IMG/VR virus record: IMGVR_UViG_3300005662_000002
Span: 1 to 44,963 of that record
Direction: 5' to 3' (one strand)
Source: a virus
Taxonomy: Duplodnaviria; Caudoviricetes
Length of the DNA stretch: 44,963 nt
Shown here: piece by piece, positions 35,069 to 44,364 of the stretch
How the letters are laid out: every line of letters starts with the position of its first letter
Position numbering within the stretch: the stretch's first letter is position 1
Translations under genes and position numbers: made by a program
The notes under the pieces: model-generated
Seen by the model: only the letters and a program-made list of their open reading frames with translations
Database searches by the model: none
What the model was told of the DNA's origin: nothing

Positions 35069-35745
35069 CAAAACTTTTAAATAAAAGTCAAGCTCATGTA
35101 ACGATGGCGGTAAAGAGAGGTAAAATTCTTTTATCGGGGGAGTTTGTTGATGATACTGTTCTTGAAAATAAAATTTGGATTGAACGACAAAAAGCAAATG
35201 CAAGTGCAAAAATTGAAGTTCCAAAAGTTCAAGCTCCAAAAGTGGAAAGCGTTCCAAAAGTTGAACCTACTCCAATTGTTGAAGCTAAAAAATTAAAACA
35301 ACCACCTTTAAGCAAACCGAAGCAAAGAATTTTAAAAGATTTTGTTCCCACGGAAGTCGAACGAACCTCTGAATCAATTGCTGATTTAGACAAAGCAAAA
35401 AAGGAAGCGGAAATTCGATACAAAGAATCTCAAACAAGACTTTCCGAATTGAAGGAACAAAAGTTGAGAGGTGAAAATATTCCTACGGATTTAGTCATGA
35501 ATGTAATTGGAATGCTCGGACATTCTTTGCAGTCAAATTATAAAAATGGAGCGGATCAATTGATGCTTGAAATTTCAAGTCGTACAAAAATGAGTGCGGA
35601 ATTGGAAGCGGAATTTAACGGACGTTTAATTGATTTGATTAACATTTCTCATTCGGATGCAATAATTGAAGCTAAAAAAAGCATTAAGAGTATAATTAAC
35701 GAAAGTAGTTCGGTTGAAACAATAGAAAGCGAAACGGATGAATAA
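35041..35745 (+). CDS. terminase small subunit
   Basis: N-terminal HTH (KQSELAKLLNKSQAHVT) and Nu1-like coiled coil ending in LRGENIP; overlaps the terL start. Confidence 0.8.
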   Translation: MAFYKQSELAKLLNKSQAHVTMAVKRGKILLSGEFVDDTVLENKIWIERQKANASAKIEVPKVQAPKVESVPKVEPTPIVEAKKLKQPPLSKPKQRILKDFVPTEVERTSESIADLDKAKKEAEIRYKESQTRLSELKEQKLRGENIPTDLVMNVIGMLGHSLQSNYKNGADQLMLEISSRTKMSAELEAEFNGRLIDLINISHSDAIIEAKKSIKSIINESSSVETIESETDE

Positions 35746-37735
35746 TTTTTTAGATTACGACAACGAAATTTCTAAATTACTTGATGCAGCGAATGTGTCA
35801 ATTTCTAGCATTAAACCTTCCGAATGGTGTGAAGCAAATAGGATGATGACTTCGGACGTTTCTCCAATTCCAGGTATGTTTCGTTACGATAATTCACCAT
35901 ATACACGTGAAATTGTAGATTGTTTATCCAACGATCACCCATCAAGGACAATTGCTATTATGAAAGGAGCGCAAATTGGATTCTCTACTGGTGTAATTGA
36001 AGCTGGAATTGGTTGGATTGTTTCACAAAATCCTGGCAATATATTGTTTTTAGTAGGTCACGAAGACTTGATTTCTGATGCAATGAATAAAGTTGATCGA
36101 ATGATTGATTCATCTAGCATTCGTCACTTCATTAGATCCAATTCAAATAGGGCAAAAAACAATAAATCTGGTGATACGGATCAAAGAAAAGATTATCCTG
36201 GTGGATATTTGAAACTAGGAATTGCCAATCATAAGTATTTACGTAATATTTCGATGCAATATGGATTTATAGACGATTTTGAATCCATGAGATCATCCAC
36301 AAAAGAATCTGGAAGTACGCAAGAAATGATTGAGCAACGTTTTGCAGCATACGCTAAAAAAATGAAATTGTTTTATATTTCTACTCCAGAATTAAAAGCA
36401 ACTTCAAACATTCATCCAGTTTACTTAAAAGGAGATCAAAGGAAATGGCATGTTCCTTGTCCTTGTTGTGGAGAATTTATTGTTTTGGAATGGCAAATAA
36501 AAATTGAAAATACAAATGATAAATTTGGAGGTATAACTTATGAATTGAATGAAGAGAATGAATTGATTCCCGAATCGGTTGGTTACACATGTCAAAAGTG
36601 TATGGGATTTTTTGATGAATCTGTAAAGACTGAAATTATAAAATTAGGAAAATATATTCCAACGGCAAAAGCGGTTGATCCAACATTTATTTCATTTCAC
36701 ATTTCCGCATTGTACGGATCATCATTTATGTATGGGTGGACGAAATATGTTAGACAATATTTAGAAGCATGTCCACCGAATAAAGCTCGAAATGAAAAAA
36801 AGTGGCAAACGTTTCAAAACCTTGTTTTGGGCGAACCTTACGAACCTACGGGAATTTCAATTAAAGCTAATCAATTACAACAAAATTGTCGTCCATATAC
36901 AATTGGTACAATTCCCGAAAAATTGTCCTTAGCGGATGGAAATGGAAATATCATTTTAATTACGTTGGGTTCGGATATGAACGGATTGGAAGACGATGCT
37001 CGTTTGGATTATGAAATTGTTGCTCATTCCGAAAGTGGAGCAACTTATTCAATTTTACATGGAAGCATTGGAACGTTCGTTAATAGAGACAAAGAAAGTA
37101 AGCGTGAACGATGGACTTATCGAATGGGTGCGGAACGTTCCGTATGGACTGAATTTGAAAAAATATTAAATACGACATTTGTAAATGATTCAAGCGGAAA
37201 AAATATGAGAATATTTTTAGCAGGACTTGATAGTGGTGTTTATACAAATTATGCGTATCAATTTGCAAATACAACGAATCAACGTATCGTTTTATTAAAA
37301 GGGGATGATGATGCGAAACCAATTAGTGCTTATTCGGACCAGAAAACATTTCGTCCATCAAAAGAACGTAACGATTTATATTTGACTGCCAATAATTACA
37401 CGAAGGATTTACTTAGTGAAAATATGCAATTGAAATGGAATCCAGAATTTAATTCGGTACAACCTTATGGATTTATGAATTTTCCATTTACTACGGACGA
37501 AAAATATAAATACGATAATTACTTTAGTCATTTTGAAGCCGAACATAAAATAATAGATGATAAAGGAATGTTTCGTTGGGAGAAAAAATCAAATAGACAT
37601 CAAAACCACTTATTTGACTGCCGTTTATATGCAATGGTTGTAAAAGACATATTTCTTACAAGAATATTTAAAGAATACAAAATTATCAATGGAACGTGGG
37701 CTGATTATGTGAATTTGCTTAAAAATAAAAAGTAG
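35738..37735 (+). CDS. terminase large subunit, lambda GpA family
   Basis: PYTREI, MKGAQIGFS, ISTP, GDQRKWHVPCPCC, NLVLGEPY, LDSG and NHLFDCRLYA motifs. Confidence 0.95.
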   Translation: MNNFLDYDNEISKLLDAANVSISSIKPSEWCEANRMMTSDVSPIPGMFRYDNSPYTREIVDCLSNDHPSRTIAIMKGAQIGFSTGVIEAGIGWIVSQNPGNILFLVGHEDLISDAMNKVDRMIDSSSIRHFIRSNSNRAKNNKSGDTDQRKDYPGGYLKLGIANHKYLRNISMQYGFIDDFESMRSSTKESGSTQEMIEQRFAAYAKKMKLFYISTPELKATSNIHPVYLKGDQRKWHVPCPCCGEFIVLEWQIKIENTNDKFGGITYELNEENELIPESVGYTCQKCMGFFDESVKTEIIKLGKYIPTAKAVDPTFISFHISALYGSSFMYGWTKYVRQYLEACPPNKARNEKKWQTFQNLVLGEPYEPTGISIKANQLQQNCRPYTIGTIPEKLSLADGNGNIILITLGSDMNGLEDDARLDYEIVAHSESGATYSILHGSIGTFVNRDKESKRERWTYRMGAERSVWTEFEKILNTTFVNDSSGKNMRIFLAGLDSGVYTNYAYQFANTTNQRIVLLKGDDDAKPISAYSDQKTFRPSKERNDLYLTANNYTKDLLSENMQLKWNPEFNSVQPYGFMNFPFTTDEKYKYDNYFSHFEAEHKIIDDKGMFRWEKKSNRHQNHLFDCRLYAMVVKDIFLTRIFKEYKIINGTWADYVNLLKNKK

Positions 37736-37757
37736 CCGTATTAGATACGGCTACTTT
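37729..37757 (+). terminator. intrinsic terminator after terL
   Basis: aaagtagccgtat-tag-atacggctacttt perfect 13-bp stem. Confidence 0.75.
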
Positions 37758-37850
37758 CATGGCATCAACCAAACCATTAAAAAGAAGAAAACGTTGCGAA
37801 GTTAATATAATTTCCGAATGTAAAACAATTGTTCTTTTTTTAGGTATTCA

Positions 37851-37881
37851 TTTGTTTTTTTATATGTAGGATTTATATTTG
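37851..37881 (+). promoter_or_regulatory. Bacteroidota sigma-70 promoter of the tail operon
   Basis: TTTG (37851-54) and TATATTTG (37874-81). Confidence 0.7.
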
Positions 37882-37912
37882 GGCTTATTACGTAATTCTA
37901 ATTTATAAAAAT

Positions 37913-39739
37913 ATGCCAAGTAATGCGGTAGGATTAGATTTGATTTCACGTGTAGTAGGATATAAAGTCACAAAGGGTGATTTTAGAACTGTTGCGCCGA
38001 ATCTACCACAACGAATTGCCATCTTAGGAGAGGCAAATGAAGACAAACAAGCAGGTTTAACAACTTCGCCTGTTGAGTTAAAAACAGCAAAAGAAGCAGG
38101 AGATTTATTTGGATATGGTTCTCCAATCCATATGGCTATGCGAATTTTGAAGCCGTTACAATCGGATGGTGTAGGCGGTATTCCAGTTATTGCTTATCCA
38201 CAATTGAAAGCAGCAGGAGCTACGGTTACAACTATTGAAACAAATAAAATAGCATCTACCGTTAGTATTGCTGAGGGTTCAAAACTTGAAATTAATATTG
38301 CTGGACGTGATTCACTGGATGGAAAAAGTTACTCAGTAGACACAGTAGCAAGTCCAATATTAACAATGCAAAAGGCTATTGATTCAATTAATTCAAATTT
38401 ATCAAGTCCATTCTCTGCGTCATTAACAACTAGTACAGCTTCCACTACTTTAAGTTCTGCATTAACTGTTAAAACAGTTTCTGTTCCAGGTGGTTTTGGT
38501 TATATAATTGACGTAATTGAAGTTCCAATTGATGTTACAGCTAGTGTTATTGCAAATACAACTGACATTTCATTTACATATTTAGACGCTGCGTTAGTAC
38601 CTCAAACATGGACTGGAAAAGCATCAAGTGTTGTTTTTGCTGGTGGAAAAACAACAATTGCACCTAATTTTGGAGAATATATTCCAGCTTCAGCTAATGG
38701 AACTAACATGGTTGCAAATCAAACATTAATTGCTTATACGGGTTCGGTATCATATGGAATTTTACTCACTTCTAAATGGAAAGGAAAAACTAGTGCTGCA
38801 TTAAACGCTACTATTTCATGTACTGATCCTAATGTTGTTATTGCGCTTACTAAAGTAAACGGAACAGGTCAACCTTCAGTTACTACGTCATTAAATTTGT
38901 TTTCAAACGAATGGAATACAATAGTAGTAAATACATATGGTACTGAAACAACTGTTTTAGATGAATTAGAATCTTTTAATGGTATTGCTGATCCGGAAAA
39001 TCCAACTGGACGATACAGAGGAATTGTTTTCAAGCCGTTTGTTGCGTTAACTGGTTCTGTTGCTGATAATGATAGTGCAATTACAAATGCTCGTTCATCT
39101 GAAATGACTGTTGCAATTTGTCCAGCCCCATTGTCACAAGGTCACCCATTGGAAGCTGCAGCAAATATGTGTCACTTACTTGCAACAACTTCAAATGAAA
39201 ATCCTCATTTAGACGTTTGCGGATTGTCTTATCCTGACATGCCTACTCCATCTACAATTGGATCAATGCAATCTTATGAAAATAGAGATATTTACGTTAA
39301 GAAAGGAAATTCTACTGTTGATTTAGTTGCAGGAAAATATCAAGTTCAAGATTTTGTAACTACATATCATTTATCTGGTGAACAAGTTCCACAATTTAGA
39401 TTTGTTCGTAATTTAATGCTTGATTATAACGTTCGTTATGGGTATTTCTTATTGGAGCAAACAAATGTAGTAGATCACGTTATTGTTAATGATGATGATG
39501 TTACAAATGCTCCGAAAGTAGTTAAACCAAAACAATGGAAAGCTATTTTATTTGATTATGCGGATAATTTGTCAAATAGAGCATTAATTGCAGACGCATC
39601 ATTTATGCAAGAGTCAATCGAAGTTGATCTTTCATCTACTAATCCTGATAGGTTAGAGACATTTTTTAGATATAAGCGTTCTGGAGTTGCTAGAATTTCT
39701 AGTACAACTGCGGAAGCTGGTTTTAATTTTGGTAATTAA
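37913..39739 (+). CDS. contractile tail sheath protein with inserted ~100-aa domain
   Basis: LPQRIAILG, FGYGSP, LTSKWKG, GNST, DFVTTY and NPDRL motifs. Confidence 0.9.
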   Translation: MPSNAVGLDLISRVVGYKVTKGDFRTVAPNLPQRIAILGEANEDKQAGLTTSPVELKTAKEAGDLFGYGSPIHMAMRILKPLQSDGVGGIPVIAYPQLKAAGATVTTIETNKIASTVSIAEGSKLEINIAGRDSLDGKSYSVDTVASPILTMQKAIDSINSNLSSPFSASLTTSTASTTLSSALTVKTVSVPGGFGYIIDVIEVPIDVTASVIANTTDISFTYLDAALVPQTWTGKASSVVFAGGKTTIAPNFGEYIPASANGTNMVANQTLIAYTGSVSYGILLTSKWKGKTSAALNATISCTDPNVVIALTKVNGTGQPSVTTSLNLFSNEWNTIVVNTYGTETTVLDELESFNGIADPENPTGRYRGIVFKPFVALTGSVADNDSAITNARSSEMTVAICPAPLSQGHPLEAAANMCHLLATTSNENPHLDVCGLSYPDMPTPSTIGSMQSYENRDIYVKKGNSTVDLVAGKYQVQDFVTTYHLSGEQVPQFRFVRNLMLDYNVRYGYFLLEQTNVVDHVIVNDDDVTNAPKVVKPKQWKAILFDYADNLSNRALIADASFMQESIEVDLSSTNPDRLETFFRYKRSGVARISSTTAEAGFNFGN

Positions 39740-39754
39740 TAAAAATAATAGCAC

Positions 39755-40159
39755 ATGGCAGTACATGGTGATTTATTAGAGGTAACATATAACCACCCGA
39801 AAATTGGATCGGGTGTGTTTTACCCTAAAGCAAATACGGACAGTACGTATAACACTGGAGGATTCATTAATGGTGATTCTGAGGATGGTATTACATCAAA
39901 CGGACAATTGATTCAAGAAAAAACACGTATTAGAGCGTTTTTTCAAATGTCAATTGAAAACGATATGAATACTCGTAAAGATTTGGAAACATTAAAGAAA
40001 CTGGCTGCGGATCCTGCACCTGCGAATTATACTTTTTCCGTTGTAAATGGTTCGGTTTATTCTGGTGCAGGCATTCCCGTTGGTAATTTGGATGCGAACG
40101 TTAAAACAGGTTTAATCGACTTGAAAGTAGTATTTGGTAGTTTAAAGAAAATAGTTTAA
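39755..40159 (+). CDS. tail tube protein
   Basis: 134-aa beta-rich ORF directly after the sheath gene. Confidence 0.8.
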   Translation: MAVHGDLLEVTYNHPKIGSGVFYPKANTDSTYNTGGFINGDSEDGITSNGQLIQEKTRIRAFFQMSIENDMNTRKDLETLKKLAADPAPANYTFSVVNGSVYSGAGIPVGNLDANVKTGLIDLKVVFGSLKKIV

Positions 40160-40163
40160 GGAA

Positions 40164-40559
40164 ATGAAAGCAGTCAGTAAAGAAATAGCAAAAAGAGAAG
40201 TTTTAGAATGGTTAGACTTCAAAAGAGTTCGTGAATCAAAGCGTGAAGCATTGAAAAACGATATTGAAACATTAACACTAGCATTCGAGGATGGCATAAT
40301 GTCACTTAACGAAGAGACTAAGGAAATTTTTTTCCAACTATCATTTAAAATCGGTGATAGTGTTGATGTTTTAAAATTCAAACCTCGTTTGAGTGTTGGA
40401 GAATTACACAACCATTTAGCAAATGTTAAGAGTGGAGATATTGATGGTAGAATTATTGCCTATATTTCCGCATTGACAGAAATGAATAGCGGATTAATTC
40501 GTTCGATGGATACGGAAGATTTAAGTCTTGCAAGTGCGATAGCATATTTTTTCTTGTAA
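40164..40559 (+). CDS. tail assembly chaperone
   Basis: Between tube and tape measure genes; ends MDTEDL..AYFFL across a slippery T run. Confidence 0.8.
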   Translation: MKAVSKEIAKREVLEWLDFKRVRESKREALKNDIETLTLAFEDGIMSLNEETKEIFFQLSFKIGDSVDVLKFKPRLSVGELHNHLANVKSGDIDGRIIAYISALTEMNSGLIRSMDTEDLSLASAIAYFFL

Positions 40560-40711
40560 GCTCCGAATATTTGGATTCAATGATACAATTTGTAGCATTT
40601 GAATTTAGGTGGTCAATAAAAGAAATCGAAAGTCTGTATCTCGACGATATGGACTTTCGTTCTATTGAATACTGGTATGAAAAAATCGGAGCAAAAAATA
40701 ATAGCGAATAA
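40547..40711 (+). CDS. -1 frameshift extension of the tail chaperone (P2 gpE+E'-like)
   Basis: Slippery T TTT TTC at 40547-53; the -1 frame is open to TAA 40709-11 and encodes VAFEFRWSIKEIESLYLDD..IEYWY. Confidence 0.75.
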   Translation, partial: FFLVSSEYLDSMIQFVAFEFRWSIKEIESLYLDDMDFRSIEYWYEKIGAKNNSE

Positions 40712-42742
40712 ATGAGACAATTAACGATACCTACGGTTTTTGTTGCCGTTGATAGATTTTCACAGAGAGTTAATAAAATGACTGGAGCGATGGATCGTTT
40801 CCATCAAGCTGGTTCAAAATCTTTTGCGGTAGCAAGAACGGCAGGGTTAATTGGTGTTTCCATGTTAGCTCCAATGGGATTGGCGGCTAATAGAGCGGCA
40901 GATTTTGAGGACAGATTAGTCAATGTAGGTAAGACAACTCAAATGCAAGGAGAAGAGCTTAAAAAGTTCGGAGATCAAGTATTGAAAATGTCAACTAAAA
41001 CACGTACTGGAATAGATTCTTTGCTTGAAATGGCGGAAGTTGGTGGTCAATTAGGTATTGCAAAAAAAGATTTATTATCGTTTACGGATGCAGGAAATAA
41101 GTTTTTTACTGTTTTCAGCAAGTCATATGGTGGGAATGTAGAAGAAGCAATAACACACGTTGCTAAATTAGGCGGTATATTCAAAGAGACTAGAGGAATG
41201 AATCCTGCTGAGCAAATTATGCGTACCGGTAGTGCGATAAATGAATTATCGAAACAAGGTGCAGCAACAGCTTATAATATTACAGATTTTGCACTTCGTA
41301 TGGGAGCATTGGCTGATAATATGTCTCCATCATTGCAAAATACATTAGCACTTGGTGCATTTTTAGAAAATTTAGGTATTAAATCTGAAATTGCAGCTGG
41401 TGGTACGGCTAGATTGTTTACTGCTGTAGGTGAAAATATTGGATTGTTTGCCAAATTTATGAACATGACTCCAAAATCTGCTACTGGTTTGTTTAATAAA
41501 GATTCTTTGGAATTTATTAAACAATTTGCTTTAAGACTTAGAGGAATGGACAAAATTAAGTCTTATGAATTGATGGATAAGCTTAAAATTGGAACGGATG
41601 AATCGAAAAAAGTTCTCGGCGCCATGGTTGATAAATTAGAAGAGCTTACTATAACACAGAAATCATCAAATAATGAATTTGAAAGAAATCTTTCAATTAA
41701 TAAAGAGTACATAAAAATGAATATGACTTCGGCTGGTAATATAGCTAAAATGCGTAATCAATTTGATGCATTAACTATAAAAATTGGTAATGCCGTACTT
41801 CCAATTATGAATCAGTTATTAAGAGAAATATCACCAATTGTTCAAGGAATTGCAAATTGGATTGAAAGAAATAAAGGACTTGCTCAAACACTAGCAAGAA
41901 TGATTGTTGTTGGTGGAAGTGCAGCTATAATAATTAGCGGAATATCATTTGCAGTAGGCGCTTATCAAAAAGCAGTTGCGTTAGCTAGAATTGCTCAATT
42001 AACATTTAATACTGCGATTTTAGCGAATCCATATGTATTGGCTGGAGCTGCGATAGTCGGATTGACAGGATTTATAATGAAATATACTGGATCGCTTGAT
42101 ACTGTAATGACAAAAGAAAAAATGTGGGGTAACATACAAGACACCGCTGCTTCTAGGTTTGCAGATCAAAGAGTAGAGATTGATATGTTGTTTGAAACTT
42201 TACGAACTAGTGGAAGTAAAACAGCAGAATACAAAGATGCTTTACAAAAATTAGAATCTATTCAACCTGGTATTACAGAAAAATACGATTTACAAACTAA
42301 AGCAGTTGATAGACAAAATCGTGCTGAAAGAAAATTGATTGGCACGTTACGAGAAAAGATGAATGAGGAGGTAATGCGTGAAGTTGAGAAAGAAAATAAG
42401 ATAAAAGCTATTAGACAAAGAGTTGAAATGGGCGCGTTAATTCGTGAGCGTGAGGAAATTGGTAAAAGAGACTTTATGACAATGGATATTTTCGGTATAG
42501 AAAAGGCTTATAACGCATTTCAACGAATGAACTTACTTAGTGACTTCCAGAAAACACAAGGAAATTTAAAAGCTATTGAAGAAATTAAAACTAATAAAGA
42601 TAAACCAAAAGAAGATCAAAAAGTTACTATTGAAGTAATTGGGAGCGGAGGAAATGCAAAGGTAACAGCGACAAAAGGTGTTAATTTATACAACCAATTA
42701 ATTCCAATGCCTACAATGAGTTCAACAACTAAAGCGAAATAA
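40712..42742 (+). CDS. tail tape measure protein (TP901 family)
   Basis: AADFEDRLVNVGK, GGQLGI and IGNAVLP motifs; hydrophobic segments and ILANP motif. Confidence 0.92.
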   Translation: MRQLTIPTVFVAVDRFSQRVNKMTGAMDRFHQAGSKSFAVARTAGLIGVSMLAPMGLAANRAADFEDRLVNVGKTTQMQGEELKKFGDQVLKMSTKTRTGIDSLLEMAEVGGQLGIAKKDLLSFTDAGNKFFTVFSKSYGGNVEEAITHVAKLGGIFKETRGMNPAEQIMRTGSAINELSKQGAATAYNITDFALRMGALADNMSPSLQNTLALGAFLENLGIKSEIAAGGTARLFTAVGENIGLFAKFMNMTPKSATGLFNKDSLEFIKQFALRLRGMDKIKSYELMDKLKIGTDESKKVLGAMVDKLEELTITQKSSNNEFERNLSINKEYIKMNMTSAGNIAKMRNQFDALTIKIGNAVLPIMNQLLREISPIVQGIANWIERNKGLAQTLARMIVVGGSAAIIISGISFAVGAYQKAVALARIAQLTFNTAILANPYVLAGAAIVGLTGFIMKYTGSLDTVMTKEKMWGNIQDTAASRFADQRVEIDMLFETLRTSGSKTAEYKDALQKLESIQPGITEKYDLQTKAVDRQNRAERKLIGTLREKMNEEVMREVEKENKIKAIRQRVEMGALIREREEIGKRDFMTMDIFGIEKAYNAFQRMNLLSDFQKTQGNLKAIEEIKTNKDKPKEDQKVTIEVIGSGGNAKVTATKGVNLYNQLIPMPTMSSTTKAK

Positions 42743-42743
42743 C

Positions 42744-43211
42744 ATGGATTTAGAAATAGTAGAAACATTAAATGGAGGTGATTTATTGATAAAAAACAAT
42801 GATTTATCAATGATTGAAGGACTTCAAAATATGCCTTACATTGGAATGTTTGGCGGAAATGTTGGTCATGTTACAAAAGAGTATAAACCAATTGAACAAC
42901 GCTTTGATTTTTGGGGAAATACGTTATTTTCAAATGACAAACGTAATATTCAATTCAATTCTTTGACTGAAAATGTTTTGAATAATATCGCATTGACAAG
43001 TAGTGGACGTTTGACATTGGAGGATTCGATTAAAAGTGATTTGTCTTTTTTTAGTGAATTTTCAACAATAAATGTTTTTACTCAATTAGAATCCGTTGAT
43101 AGGATTAAAATTTTTATAGAAATTAAAGAACCAACTAATACTCAAACGAATCAATTTGTGTATATTTGGAACGCAACAAAACAAGAATTAATCAATGGTA
43201 ACAATTCCTAA
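42744..43211 (+). CDS. baseplate wedge protein (Mu gp46-like)
   Basis: GGDLLIKNNDL, GMFGGN and FWGN motifs; precedes the baseplate J-like gene. Confidence 0.7.
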   Translation: MDLEIVETLNGGDLLIKNNDLSMIEGLQNMPYIGMFGGNVGHVTKEYKPIEQRFDFWGNTLFSNDKRNIQFNSLTENVLNNIALTSSGRLTLEDSIKSDLSFFSEFSTINVFTQLESVDRIKIFIEIKEPTNTQTNQFVYIWNATKQELINGNNS

Positions 43212-44364
43212 AATATCGGACTTATATAACAATATTAAGTCGTCTATTGAAACAAAATTAAACGTTACAATTCCTAGTTTTGGAAAAAACTTTTTACGAG
43301 CATTTGCGCAAGTTCAAGCTGGTGAATTAAAATTGTTTTACATTGCAGTTGCCAACGTACAAAAAAATATTTTTGCGGACACGGCAGATTCGGAAGAGTT
43401 TGGAGGTACATTAGAGAGATTTGGTCGTGTGAAATTAAAGAGAAATCCATTTCCTGCCGTTGCTGGTAAATATACAGTTACATTAACTGGTTCAATTGGT
43501 GCAATAGTTCCAATTGGTACATTATGGAAGAGTGATGATACTTCGGCTAGTCCGGGATATTTATTCACAAACGATACACCACTTACATTTGATGCTACAA
43601 GCGAATCTATTTTATTACGTTGTTTAACTGCTGGAATTGAAGCAAAATTAGTTGTTGGTAATACTCTTAGTTTAACTGGACCTATTGCATCAGTTTACAC
43701 AATTGCTACTGTTACGACCGAAAATGTCGCTCCGCAAGAAAAGGAATCACTAGAGGATTATCGAAAAAAAATATTAACGGCATTTAGATTAGAACCGCAA
43801 GGAGGCAGTGGGTCGGATTATTTGTTGTGGAGTTTAGAAGTTCAAGGTGTTAGAAATGTTTATCCTTACACAAAATTTGATTTATTAGGTTACTCAAATG
43901 AAGTGAACTTATATGTTGAATCTGATGATGCTAATGCATTTTATGTTCCAACTACTACAATTTTAAATGATGTTCAAGATAATATTGAACTCCCTACTAG
44001 TGATCGACCTTCAAGAAAACCATTAGGTGTTAATGTTATTAATTATTTACCTATTTTTCCCTTAAATGTAACAATACAAATTAGTCAAATTCCAGGTTTT
44101 AATTTTACAACAACGGAACAAAATACAATTTTTGATTATGTAAAATTAAAATTATCTGAAATTCGTCCATTTGTTGCTTCGATTGATGTTGTTGAGGATA
44201 AAAACAGCGTTATAAATCCTTATAAATTAGGTGAAATGATTGCTACTGCCGTTCCCGGGAAATCATTTACAAACGTTACATTTACAGTAGATGGTGTATC
44301 TCAAACAAATTATGAGTTTTTTAATGGTGACATTCCTAAATTAACTACAATTACTTATGCTTAA
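43195..44364 (+). CDS. baseplate J-like protein (Mu gp47-like)
   Basis: QKNIFADTAD, ESLEDYRKKI and PQGGSGSDYLLWSLEVQGV motifs. Confidence 0.9.
   Translation: MVTIPKISDLYNNIKSSIETKLNVTIPSFGKNFLRAFAQVQAGELKLFYIAVANVQKNIFADTADSEEFGGTLERFGRVKLKRNPFPAVAGKYTVTLTGSIGAIVPIGTLWKSDDTSASPGYLFTNDTPLTFDATSESILLRCLTAGIEAKLVVGNTLSLTGPIASVYTIATVTTENVAPQEKESLEDYRKKILTAFRLEPQGGSGSDYLLWSLEVQGVRNVYPYTKFDLLGYSNEVNLYVESDDANAFYVPTTTILNDVQDNIELPTSDRPSRKPLGVNVINYLPIFPLNVTIQISQIPGFNFTTTEQNTIFDYVKLKLSEIRPFVASIDVVEDKNSVINPYKLGEMIATAVPGKSFTNVTFTVDGVSQTNYEFFNGDIPKLTTITYA

Noticed and set aside
38450-38761. Shared sheath/fibre insert as an intein or DGR variable region
   Set aside because: No conserved intein-like HN/Cys splice junctions, the divergence is not adenine-specific, and no reverse transcriptase is encoded.
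782-43568. Numerous antisense or alternate-frame ORFs (e.g. 782-1069, 2287-2517, 6953-7222, 17578-17871, 37080-37322, 41272-41553)
   Set aside because: Fully nested in well-supported genes; typical shadow frames.
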